Under the pieces are notes generated by a model. It was not told where the DNA came from. It searched no databases and saw only the letters and a program-made list of their open reading frames with translations. 64,000 nucleotides of DNA. It comes from Eledone cirrhosa (taxonomy: Eukaryota). The position numbers and the translations under genes were made by a program. Where the stretch lies: NCBI GenBank assembly GCA_964016885.1, contig OZ024741.1, forward strand, positions 215,450,001 through 215,514,000, read 5' to 3'. Shown here in pieces: positions 27,601 to 39,018 of the stretch; position 1 is the first letter of the stretch; each line of letters starts with the position of its first letter.

Positions 27601-28275
27601 GTTCGGGATAAACTCTACAGGCATGGAGGTGCCGTCAGCCGGGCATGTCCAAGATGCGCACAGGGCGACGAAACCGTCCTGCACGCACTCGTCCAGTGTC
27701 CGAAAATTGCTGACTTGTGGGTTTATGTCGAACACCTGCTGTCGCGTGTAGGACGGATCCGGCTATCATCTGAGTCCATCGTGAGGATTGCCCCGCCCTC
27801 CTCCTTTAGCCGGGAAGGGCAGGCAGTTTTTATCTGTCTGGTGGCCATGGCAAAAGAGATAGTATGGTGGACACGTTTGAAAGGACTGAAGACGAGCACT
27901 TACCTCTTCGGTGATGCCCTGATTGACTTTTTCAAATTTCATTTGAAAAGGAAAATCAGAGTAGAGAGGGAAGTGCTCTCTTCCCAGCATTTTGTTGAAA
28001 GATGGGTGAGTGAAGCAAGAATGATCCGAGTGAATTGGCCTACTCTGAGTATATATATCTGTAAATTAAAGGTGGAAAACTGGGAGAGGGCACTTGCCTT
28101 GGTGGTCAGGGTCACTGTGGCCTTTTACTGGGCTTTCTCCACAAATGTCCCTCCGAAGTCTCCCCCCTATTGGGGAATTTTTCATTGTTATCTGTTTTTG
28201 TTTTTTACACGCAGAAATGCCCATTTGTACCGTCCTGTATTGTCCTGTACTGTCCTTAATGTCTACTTTATGTAA
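24645..28275 (+). pseudogene. LINE ORF2: APE endonuclease, RT and zf-RVT, with two frameshifts (~26180, ~26745)
   Basis: SINARGL, VAVYAP, GDWN, YLDRVF, TDH; KSPGLDG, FRPITLLN, DQLKAFD, RQGCPLS, YADD; CPRC-x-ETVLHALVQC. Confidence 0.95.
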
Positions 28276-28296
28276 ACCCTTGTGGTTAATAAAGAA

Positions 28297-28367
<71 letters not shown>

Positions 28368-28382
28368 TGGGTATATATATAA

Positions 28383-28464
<82 letters not shown>

Positions 28465-28468
<4 letters not shown>

Positions 28469-29018
28469 GGAATAGAATGAAACGAAATTTCATTTCTCAC
28501 TCTTAGTACGGCACTTACTTAAATGTAAGTATGTATGTATACGTACATACATATATGTATACAGACGTACAGTAGCATGTATATATATACATACAGGCAA
28601 ACATATATATATGCACGTATCAGTTTACCGAACATTTATTATAATGTTCGGTTTGTTCGTTTGTAAACAAACAAACAGCCTGAATTACGCCGTACAGTGT
28701 TTAGGCAACCACGTCACCTTTTTGTTCAACACTGACACAGGAACGATGTACTAGTTTCAAGCTTATTAGCTATCGTCAGCACCGTATACCTTTCTGCCAG
28801 ATGGTTGAACGTCCGAAAGTATATACTTTCCCTATGAAAATTAACGGCTGAGCAGCCTAATTTGCATATCGAGTGAGTTCAGTCGGCCAGTCGCACCGAA
28901 AACGATAAATGGAATAGAATGAAACGAAATTTCATTTCTCACACTTAGTACGGCACTTACTTAAATGTAAGTATCTATGTATACGTACATACATATATGT
29001 ATACAGACGTACAGTAGC

Positions 29019-29021
<3 letters not shown>
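28465..29021 (-). mobile_element. Non-coding HHR element with a partial tandem repeat (442-bp unit) in (TA)n
   Basis: aaatggaatagaatgaaacgaaatttc occurs at 28465 and 28907. Other copies at 21110-21572 and 40345-40626. Confidence 0.8.
28743..28785 (-). ncRNA. Type I hammerhead ribozyme
   Basis: acggtg-CTGACGA-t-AGCT(aata)AGCT-t-GAAA-CTAG-TA-catcgt. Palindromic stem III, GUA site. Confidence 0.85.
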
Positions 29022-29089
<68 letters not shown>

Positions 29090-29194
29090 TATAGATATAT
29101 ATATATACTATATTATATTTAGAGTTTAAACTCAAAGTCATTTACAATTAATCAGCTCAAAGAAAGAAGCATTTCCGAGCAGTGAAATATATAT

Positions 29195-29225
<31 letters not shown>

Positions 29226-29598
29226 ATTATATAGATATATATATAGATAGATATATATACATACATACAAAAACGAGAAATATCTTTGAAATCATTTTTG
29301 CTCTGATTTCTAAATAGATTAATACCGTCATTATAGGAAAATAAAACGCCGTAGCCCAAAGCAGTGGCAGGGGACTTATTGTCGGTTTAACGTTAAATTG
29401 CTAACATTTTACCAATTTCAGAAAAGATAACAAACCCATTTTAATTTCAAATTTACTGCCCAACTGAGATATTTAGAAACGCTTTGATGAGTTTTATTTT
29501 ATTTTAATTTTAATATTCACACATCTATATATATATATAATTATTTCAAAATAAAAAATATATATATGTATTTATATATGTATATATTTGTATATATG

Positions 29599-29740
<142 letters not shown>

Positions 29741-29792
29741 TTTCACAACAAAAAAAAATATGTATTTATAAATGTATATATCTGTACATAAT

Positions 29793-29824
<32 letters not shown>

Positions 29825-30013
29825 ACGAAGGAAATGTGGTAAGGAACCAGGTGGACCATAACGCACCAAAGTACTCAATACTTAGGGTAGTAGAGTGGGT
29901 AATAGGAACGAGTAGGGCCCCGACGGCTAAGCTCAAGCCGTCTCGACGGCTAATTCTGGACAGAATTAGCCGTCGAAACGTTCCTATATATATATATATA
30001 TATATATACATAC

Positions 30014-30057
<44 letters not shown>

Positions 30058-30766
30058 ATTTCGGGGGGGGGGGGGGTGCGACCCCCCAAGGCGCCTCCTC
30101 CCTATTGTGGATTTTGTTATAAAATTTATTTTGTTATATTTTATTTTATTTTTATACTTTTATATCTTGTTATTGCCTCCTCCATATTGAGGACGCCTTT
30201 GCATGTAAACTCCCCCCTTCGTACTTGTCCCACTTTTGATGCCCTGGTGGCAAAAAAAAAAAGTTATCTATATATATATATATATATATATATTATTCTT
30301 TTTATTTTTATCTCAATTTTGTCAAGCGTAATCTCGATGTAACTATTTCATCTTTTCATCTTTAGGGAATGGAGTTCTCCCCCCTTTTTTCTTCCTTTTT
30401 CTTCAATAATATATTTTTGAAAGATATTGAGTTATTTAATGATTGGAATATGTAATAAAGTAGAAGGGTTGTCTACATTAAACTATGAATACACTCATAC
30501 ACACATACAGGTGTGTACATACACACACACGCACAGAATGTGTGACACACACACACAGTACGTGTGACACACAAACAACAGGATTTTCTGCTAATACAAT
30601 ATATATATATGCATGTATGTATGTATATGTATATGTATATAAAACTATCACGCGCTATTTTCAATAAATTGAAATGTTACTCTCACGTGATCCCCTCTCT
30701 CCTCTTTCTTTCTATGTTCTCTAGCTCTTCACCTTTTCCCTGGCTCTTCTCCCCCCTCTCTCTCTC

Positions 30767-30827
<61 letters not shown>

Positions 30828-31358
30828 TTCTGTGTCTATCTCTCTCTTCTGTTCTCACCTTCTTTTTCTCATTATCCTTCTCTCATCTTCTTTCTTCTAT
30901 ACCTTTGATCCCTACTCCAGTTTTCTCCCTCCCAGCCTTGCTAGTTAACAAATCCCTATATGTTTCGGCTCTACAATCAATTCATATTCTTCTCAATCAA
31001 GAAAGTGAAAGTGTCAATCTTTACAATTTTTCTAACGCTAACATGTGTCAGATGTTAATGCTATGTCCGTTGTCTATTTCTAGTCGTAACTTTTCTACGT
31101 ATTAATCTTTGTTTTTTTATCGAAAGACAGCCTTAAATATTTCTGTCCATTCTTTGTTTTGTTATCGTTTCACATGCATCTTATCTATTGCACAAATTGC
31201 CATTATATGTACACAACACCATAATGCACGAAATTGCACACCAGTAAAGTGGATGACAAGATAAAGATGCAGTTGGGTGTTCATTTTATGTATCTGTGTA
31301 TATTTTCTACTGTTGATATATTTACATATATAACTCTAACACACAACATTTTTTGACA

Positions 31359-31393
<35 letters not shown>

Positions 31394-31484
31394 ATTCGAG
31401 CCACTTTTTACCATATAAAACAGAAGAAACATTCGAACACCAACCGGATACGAGAAAAACCACAAACCCTCCATCTCAATTCTA

Positions 31485-31520
31485 CTTTTGAAAAGCACAA
31501 GAGCACCGAAACCGGTAAAG
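31485..31520 (+). ncRNA. Degenerate hammerhead-like motif (U3-A8 core)
   Basis: ctt-TTGAAAA-g...c-GAAA-CCGG-TA-aag. Stem II is poor. Confidence 0.4.
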
Positions 31521-32374
31521 GAACCAAATAAATATAGATATTTTTTAAAAAGACTCCAGTTGCATTTTCGATTTCATCTTTTTTCCTTATACTTCCATTC
31601 GTGTAGGACATCGCTTCTGTTTTCATTTTGTAAAAAAAAACCTCACTTTCTAATATATATATATATATATAAGATTTCTCCCAAAAAATACAGTTCTAGT
31701 CCTGTAGAAGCCATTTCTATATTAAATATTTATTCTCTGCTATGTATTGAGTACCTTACTTACTGTGGTTACCCCCGATTGAACCCGGGATAAACTTATA
31801 TATATATATATATAATGTATGCATGTATGAAAATAGAAATAACAAAGTAAACGTCACAGTAAAATAAAGAAATATATTAGTTTAACGTTGATATAGCAGG
31901 AAAAGAATCTTAATAAGAGGGAGCTTTGGCAGAAATGAAAAAAAAAATGTTTCAGAAAAGATAGATCCAATCTTTTGGGAATATGTTGTCAGCGTTAGTA
32001 AAAGAAGTTCTGTTGGTCCTGTTTTAAAAGATGGTGATCGTAGGCGTCTGTATCGATATATTATACTATATCATGTCATTAAACATATTCTCTGCTGATA
32101 TTCTGAGTTTTGTAATTAATCATTATCACGGGTAATCAACGAAAAAGCCCTAGACTGATATTTAAGCTGAGAGTAATCTCAATAATATAATAAAATATAT
32201 ATTATACTCTTCTTTGATATTGGGCAATTATACCTTGTGTTTGTAAATTCAAACATATGTGGGTTCAGGTTCTGCGATTCTGATCTGACGGAGGGGTCCG
32301 AACGGAACCACGATGTACAGAAATTACGTAATGTTAGTATATGCACACACACACGTATATATATCTGATATATA

Positions 32375-32423
<49 letters not shown>

Positions 32424-32480
32424 GACTATCCTAGAAAAACTTGAACTTGGTTATGTCAGAATTTATGAAACAAACTTTGT

Positions 32481-32537
32481 ATTTTATCTGATGAAAGCGT
32501 ACGAAAGTTTTGGTCCTTGAAATATATATAATAGAAT
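32481..32537 (+). ncRNA. Type I hammerhead ribozyme in a short (TA)n-flanked element (~32422-32582)
   Basis: attttat-CTGATGA-AAG...CTT-GAAA-TATATA-TA-atagaat. 7-bp stem I, AUA site. Confidence 0.75.
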
Positions 32538-32577
32538 AAATATGGTTCTATAAATATAGTTTCCATTTATTTAATAT

Positions 32578-32628
<51 letters not shown>

Positions 32629-32664
32629 CAAATAACGAAACGAAATTAAATATATATATATTTT

Positions 32665-32761
32665 AACACCGACGGCAGACCTCAAGCCGTTTCGACGGCT
32701 ATTTCTGGACTAAATTAGAATTTATAGCGTGGTAATGAATAGCCGAACTTGTCAAGGGGTA
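32665..32761 (-). ncRNA. Type I hammerhead with U3-A8 core and extended stem II
   Basis: acccc-TTGACAA-gtt-CGGCTATT...AATAGCCG-tc-GAAA-CGGC(9 nt)GCCG-TC-ggtgt. Other copies show ggggt, which restores stem I. Confidence 0.75.
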
Positions 32762-33350
32762 ATTCCTTATATGGGAAGATTGTAGTTGTCAAAATGATTG
32801 GTCAACATTTCTTGTAAACACAATTAAATCTTTCATGGTGGTAGGTGGGAGGTGTGGGGCTGACGGAACCTGCCAGTAGAACAATGAAGGAGTGGGTGGA
32901 GCCGGTCAAGCGTTGAAAGTGAATTCTAAGGAGTGTGTATGACATTAGGCTAGGTAGAAAGCAGGCGAAAAAGAATTCTGGGGTAATTTGAGAGTGGGAC
33001 ATTACAAAATTAAATGAGATTAAAAGATAATAAATAAAAATTAATTAAAAAATTATATAGTAAAAAATAATAAAAAAGTCTAACGCAGCTGCTATATTTT
33101 TAGGTGGTATTACGTTTTCGGCCAATGCTATATAGAATTTACTGGGGTGGGGGTACTGAGGCTACAAAAGCCCCATGGGCTCCCTCGTGTAGGCGAAAGA
33201 GGAAAAAGGAAAAGAAATATGAGAGGGAGTGGAAGGAAGTGAAAAGAAGAGATAAAGGGAATAAGAAAAGAAGTACATCTACTTATGTAAGCTGGGGTTT
33301 GCCCTCTCTTGTTCGGCAAGTGGGGAAAAGAAGGATGTTGCAGCCATTTT

Positions 33351-33728
33351 CTACCCACCCGGGTCATGAGGAGGTTTGAGGGCGAGGTAAGTCCTACGCA
33401 ATCGGTGTTTACATGCAGTTACAAGTTCGTCTTTTTTGTTTAGGAGTTGGTCCTTTGTAAACAGCATTTGTATTGTTTCCGCCGAGCATAAGTTACACGG
33501 ACGGCGTCCTCCCGTGTAGGAGTTAGCCCTGGACAGTAAGATCCAAGTAAGATTGTATGTTATGTTGTTATCTTGGAGGTCCCAGATGTGGCCCGAAAGT
33601 GTAGTGGCGTGTCGCCGGGCTGGGTTTCGGAACGTATGTCGGTGTTGGTAGAGCCGGGTCTTAAAGTCACAAGCGGTTAATCCTTTATAGGCTTTGTTGG
33701 AGTTTTCCGTTTCGAAGTTGCTGTATAG
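33351..33728 (-). pseudogene. GIY-YIG endonuclease C-terminal remnant (126 codons), missed by the ORF track
   Basis: LYSNFETENSNKAYKGLTACDFKTRLYQHRHTFRNPARRHATTLSGHIWDLQDNNITYNLTWILLSRANSYTGGRRPCNLCSAE...LLNKKDELVTACKHR. Homologous to the 59.7-60.1 kb protein. Confidence 0.9.
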
Positions 33729-33889
33729 AATTCACTTTCAACGCTTGACCAGCTCCGTCTACTCTCTCATTGTTCTACAGGCAAGTTCAGCCACCCCACC
33801 TCCCACCTACCGCCATGAAAGACTTAATTGTGTTTACAAGCAATTTTTACCAATCATTTTGAAACTACAATTTTCCCATATAAGGAATT

Positions 33890-33984
33890 ACCCCTTGACA
33901 AGTTCGGCTATTCATTACCACGCTAAAAATTCTAATTTAGTCCAGAAATAGCCGTCGAAACGGCTTGAGCTCTGCCGTCGTGAT
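33890..33984 (+). ncRNA. Second (inverted) copy of the U3-A8 hammerhead, stem I degraded
   Basis: TTGACAA at 33895-33901, GAAA at 33957-33960, GTC at 33977-33979. Confidence 0.6.
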
Positions 33985-34096
33985 TAAACATTTTCCTATT
34001 ACCCACTCTACTACCCTAAGTATTGAGTACTCTCGTGCGTTATGGTCCATCTGGTTCCTTACCACACTTCCTTCGTTATATATATATATATAATAT

Positions 34097-34811
34097 ATAT
34101 GAAGAAGAAAGGAGGTTGTGTAGTTGCTAGTTAAGGTATACTTAAAAATAAGAAGAAAGCATGAACGGGAGAAAGTTTTCCTTCATCAGTTGTATGTTGG
34201 GGGGTCTCAGATATTTCTACGCATTAAAGACAAGATATCTCGCTCCCAATGCGATAAATAACTAAGGTAAGTTATTGGGAAAACAAGGAGGGAGAGAAAG
34301 AAATTATAGGTTAACAGAGAGGAAAAGGGAAGAAAAGAGAAAAGAGAAAAACAGCGAAAAAAACGGGAAACAACAAACCGAAGAGTGTGTGATCAACTTG
34401 AAGAGAGAAAATTAAAGTCAACAACAATTACTGAACATAAGTTCGTGATTGTGCGGAGGAAAAAAAATGACACCTCTGACCTCTGCGAGTGTGAGTGAGA
34501 AAAAGGACTCCTAGAGGGACAGGCCAGGATGCAATGGGGTGGTTAGCAGAGAGAGGGTGAGTGAAAGTGAGAACGAGAAAGGGAGAGAAAGAAAGAGAGG
34601 GAAGAGTAGATAGCAACAAAATAAATAGGTAGGAGAGAGAAGACACGTCACAGCGAAACATGATAAAATATATGAAGAAGAGAGGGGCTGTGTGTTGCTG
34701 GATAAGGTATACTTAAAAAGAAGAAGAAAGTATGAACGGGAGAAAGTTTGCCTTCTTCAGTTGTCTGCTGGGGGTCTCGCATATTTTTACGCATTAAAGA
34801 CAAGATATCTC
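34097..34811 (-). mobile_element. Non-coding element with ~140-bp direct repeats (period ~570), each carrying a rearranged HHR-like motif
   Basis: 34097-34241 matches 34670-34811, with a purine-rich (plus strand) interior. Diverged homologue at ~58580-59025 plus. Confidence 0.8.
34183..34253 (-). ncRNA. Candidate non-circularly permuted hammerhead ribozyme
   Basis: cgca-ttggg-agcg-AGATA-TC-ttgtct-ttaa-tgcg-ta-GAAA-TATCT-gagaccc-cccaa-c-atacaa-CTGATGA. Confidence 0.55.
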
Positions 34812-34985
34812 ACCAGGGTGTGGTAAAAACCAGCTAGACCTACCAGAGTATTCGATACTTGGCGTAGTAGAGTGGATAATATGAAAAATTCAGGACCGCG
34901 ATGGCTGAGGTCCGGCCATTTCGACAGCTAGATCACGATCTAGCTGTCGAAACGGCCGGAGTTCAGCCGTCGGGGTACTGAATCG

Positions 34986-35424
<439 letters not shown>

Positions 35425-35827
35425 TAACATCATATATTTTGATATTCAGGCCAGATCTATCTGCACATAGCATTGTATATTGCTTTTGCCACGTATATTA
35501 CGTTATGCCACTTAAGTAGAAAGTAACTTCGTAAAGTTTTACAGACATCTGTTTATCAACATGAGTTAAATTTTCAGAAATAATTCCATCGGTCAGGAAA
35601 GGTTCTCATATTTTTGTAGGTTTTACTTGTATCATTTTCTTGTTTTGAGTCTAGCAGACATCGAATGGTTACGTCTCCTTTGTGTGTATTGGTTGGAAAT
35701 GAATCTTAAAACGTAGATTATTACTATACCCGGTTAATCTTCTAAGATGGAATACATTGGTTATCTGTGTACCATTCATACAGCATAGCTAGGCTTTAAA
35801 ATATATGTATACACACACACACACACA

Positions 35828-35928
<101 letters not shown>

Positions 35929-36295
35929 GGGTGTGTGTGTGTATGTATATAAATGGTAAACAGAAATAACAACACAATCGGTACAGTATATGGAAGGAAT
36001 ATATTAGGTTAACCTTTGAAATAGCAGGAAGAGGGTCTTAACGTTTCGGACGCCAGAAAGAAAGAAATAGGATAGATTGAAGAGACGGGCGGGGTGAAAT
36101 TGGAAAAAATTCGTTTGAGAGTGGAATGGAGCTGACGGAGGAAAGATTTTAGTTTGGGCATGTTGAAGATGTTGAAGGAATTAGGGTGAGAGTGAAACAT
36201 AGATATGAAAACATTCAGGACACCGATCGCTGAGCTCCGGCCGTTTCGACAGCTAATATATATATATATATATCAAAATCTATCTATCTATATAT

Positions 36296-36750
36296 ATAAT
36301 TGAATATACAAGAGAGATGAACACTAATATAAACATACATGTGTCCGCACTGTAAAGGACCAGGTTTGCTAGGGTGAAAAAATACTAACTACAGCAATAT
36401 GGTTTGCCAGACTTAATTTAAAGTAGTAAATTAAGAAAAATAATAACAAACCTATATTGGGCAACTGCCTGAAAACACCTAGACAGTTATAGAAACTGTT
36501 TTACAAAAATCATATTGGGCAGTTGTTATTATTTTTCTTAATTTACTACTTTAAATTAAGTCTGGCAAACCATATTGCTGAAGTTAGTATTTTTTCACCC
36601 TAGCAAACCTGGTCCTTTACAATTCGAACACATGTATGTTTATATTAGTGTTCATCTCTCTTGTATATTCAATTATATTACACGGTTCGGAAAAGCTTTT
36701 TTCTTAGAGGTATTTAATTGTAAGAGACTATTTTCAGTTTCTAACTCAGT
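36296..36750. mobile_element. Fold-back element with ~150-bp arms plus tail; relative of the 52.3-52.7 kb element
   Basis: 36296-36449 is inverted at ~36524-36678. The tail attacacggttcggaaa...aattgtaagagactattttcagtttctaactca is shared with ~52640-52713 and ~29118-29186 minus. Confidence 0.8.
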
Positions 36751-36797
36751 ATATATATCTATCTATCTATCTATATATATATATATATATTAAAGGC

Positions 36798-36860
<63 letters not shown>

Positions 36861-36927
36861 GAAAGGTATAGAAAATATATATATATATATATATATATGA
36901 AGGTATATATATATATGAAAGGTATAG

Positions 36928-36999
<72 letters not shown>

Positions 37000-37032
37000 A
37001 AGAAATTAAAAGATGGTTAAAAAAGTTCTATA

Positions 37033-37103
37033 TATTTTATTATGCGCATTTCGAAATCAAATATCATCCTGGGACGATAGTTGCGTTCTCATCAAATAAA
37101 ATA
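37033..37103 (-). ncRNA. Type I hammerhead (C3U) inside a fold-back element (~36998-37278)
   Basis: tattttat-TTGATGA-GAA...TTC-GAAA-TGCGCA-TA-ataaaata. 8-bp stem I, palindromic stem III. Confidence 0.7.
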
Positions 37104-37273
37104 AGGTAACATGATATGATGCATAAAAGAAGACTTCTGAATAAAATATATGGAACTTTTTTAACCATCTTGTAATTTCTTCTTATATATACTCCAGTTC
37201 AATAAACCGTTGACTGCTACTTATTCGATATATGGATAGTTTTATTGTTCTACAATAAAACTCACTCAAATCC

Positions 37274-37332
<59 letters not shown>

Positions 37333-37659
37333 GTATATATATAAATATGTATATACAATATATATATATGAATGTATGTATGTTTATTTGTTTATATGTA
37401 TATATTTACGCATGGATGTATGTATATGCCAGCTTAGGTCTCCATGTTAGTGTGTATATATGCGTGTGTGCGTGTCCGTGTTCAACTCTGTATCAGTCTG
37501 CTGCAGTCTATGCAAGAGTGTAACATATCAATCCTTTACAACTTGTAGACATTAACACACATTCGGGTGTATTAAACTCATATTTACTCTCCAAAGACTG
37601 TAATAGGTAACATGATACATGGACTACAATATAATAGATGTATTCAAATATGTCAGGAG

Positions 37660-37707
<48 letters not shown>

Positions 37708-37776
37708 TATGAAGAGAGAAGAAACATTTAGATATAATTAGTAATAAAATGTATCATACCTAAACTGCTCCTAGAT

Positions 37777-37866
37777 TCCTCGACTACGTAGTTTCGTGGC
37801 ATAAACAAAAACAATACATCATAAAGATATAGAGTCCTTGCGAGGTCTGCCGACTTATCAAGATGA
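37777..37866 (-). ncRNA. Hammerhead copy 1 (U3-A8 core; one stem I mismatch)
   Basis: tcatc-TTGATAA-GT(c)GGCA...TGCCAC-GAAA-CTACGTAG-TC-gagga. Confidence 0.75.
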
Positions 37867-38369
37867 TACCTCATTTTACTAGCTTCAAGAACGCGTCCAC
37901 ACGACGTGAGAAAGAATCCTAAAAGGCGGAGGGGGAGATAGACACGCGATATAACGGTCGAGAAACAGAGCTAAGCCTCTTATAACCCCGAAGAAAATAC
38001 CAAGGAGGCGGAGGGGGTATTTATATCGAAGCCGTAGAAGAGGTGGTGAAGGAGACGAGAAGTATGAGTAATGGCAGCTTTCCAGCAGTCACCACACTTC
38101 AAAGATTACTCAACCAGATGGAGTTATTAACAATATATTTAGAAACACACAGATACATGCGGACACACACATATACATGAATGCATCCACACCCAACCGT
38201 GAGTTAAGGGTGCCAACCTCACCGATGTTGCTCAATGAATGACTGAGACAGTCCAATCCGGTTGAACTAGACTGAACCAGTATCAGAGTTAAAAATACAT
38301 TATGAAGAGAGAAGAAACATTTAGATATAATTAGTAATAAAATGTATCATACCTAAACTGCTCCTAGAT

Positions 38370-38459
38370 TCCTCGACTACGTAGTTTCGTGGCATAAACA
38401 AAAACAATACATCATAAAGATATAGAGTACTTGCGAGGTCTGCCGACTTATCAAGAGGA
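38370..38459 (-). ncRNA. Hammerhead copy 2 (U3-A8 core, intact stems)
   Basis: tcctc-TTGATAA-GT(c)GGCA...TGCCAC-GAAA-CTACGTAG-TC-gagga. GUC site. Confidence 0.83.
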
Positions 38460-38684
38460 TACCTCATTTTACTAGCTTCAAGAACGCGTCCACACGACGT
38501 CAGAAAGAATCCCAAAAGGCGGAGGGGGAGATAGTCACGCGATATAACGGACGAGAAAGAGAGCTAAGCCTCTTATATATATATATATGATAGATATTTG
38601 CAAACATATATATAGATATGTATATTTGTCTATATGTGTGTGTGTATACATGTACGTTTATATTAAACATTGTATATATATATA

Positions 38685-38783
<99 letters not shown>

Positions 38784-39018
38784 CATATATATGATATACA
38801 TATATATAATATGTTTGTTATGCAGAGAAGAAGAAAGAGAAATAGACGACGTATATGAACGTGGTCGGATTACGAAGATATAACGCTGTGAAGACAATAG
38901 ACATAGAAATAGCCATATATATATATTTATATATAGTAATAATAATAAAATTGAAGACTAAAATCCAAAGAAGGCTCGCTAAGGAAAATATATATCAAAT
39001 ATATAAGAACCGTAGAGC

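Larger units (their letters stand above)
22253..28300 (+). mobile_element. Near full-length Tx1/L1-clade LINE, disabled
   Basis: ORF1 with CCHC knuckle, ORF2 with APE-RT-zinc finger, AATAAA then an (ATT)n tail. Preceded by (TTA)n. Confidence 0.93.
32662..34080 (-). mobile_element. 5'-truncated PLE (Hydra-like clade) with inverted pseudo-LTR
   Basis: ~32670-32928 is repeated inverted at ~33727-33980 with a tail to 34080. A GIY-YIG remnant lies between the arms; TA runs flank it. Confidence 0.88.
37706..38575 (-). mobile_element. Retrozyme-like element: two ~275-bp direct repeats, each with a hammerhead, 593-bp period
   Basis: 37709-37983 matches 38302-38575, with a non-coding interior and TA runs on both sides. 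Confidence 0.88.

Noticed and set aside
28845-28915. Possible HDV-like ribozyme (ggctgagc/gttcagtc helix followed by GG)
   Set aside because: No L3/P1.1 partner or catalytic J4/2 cytosine could be placed.
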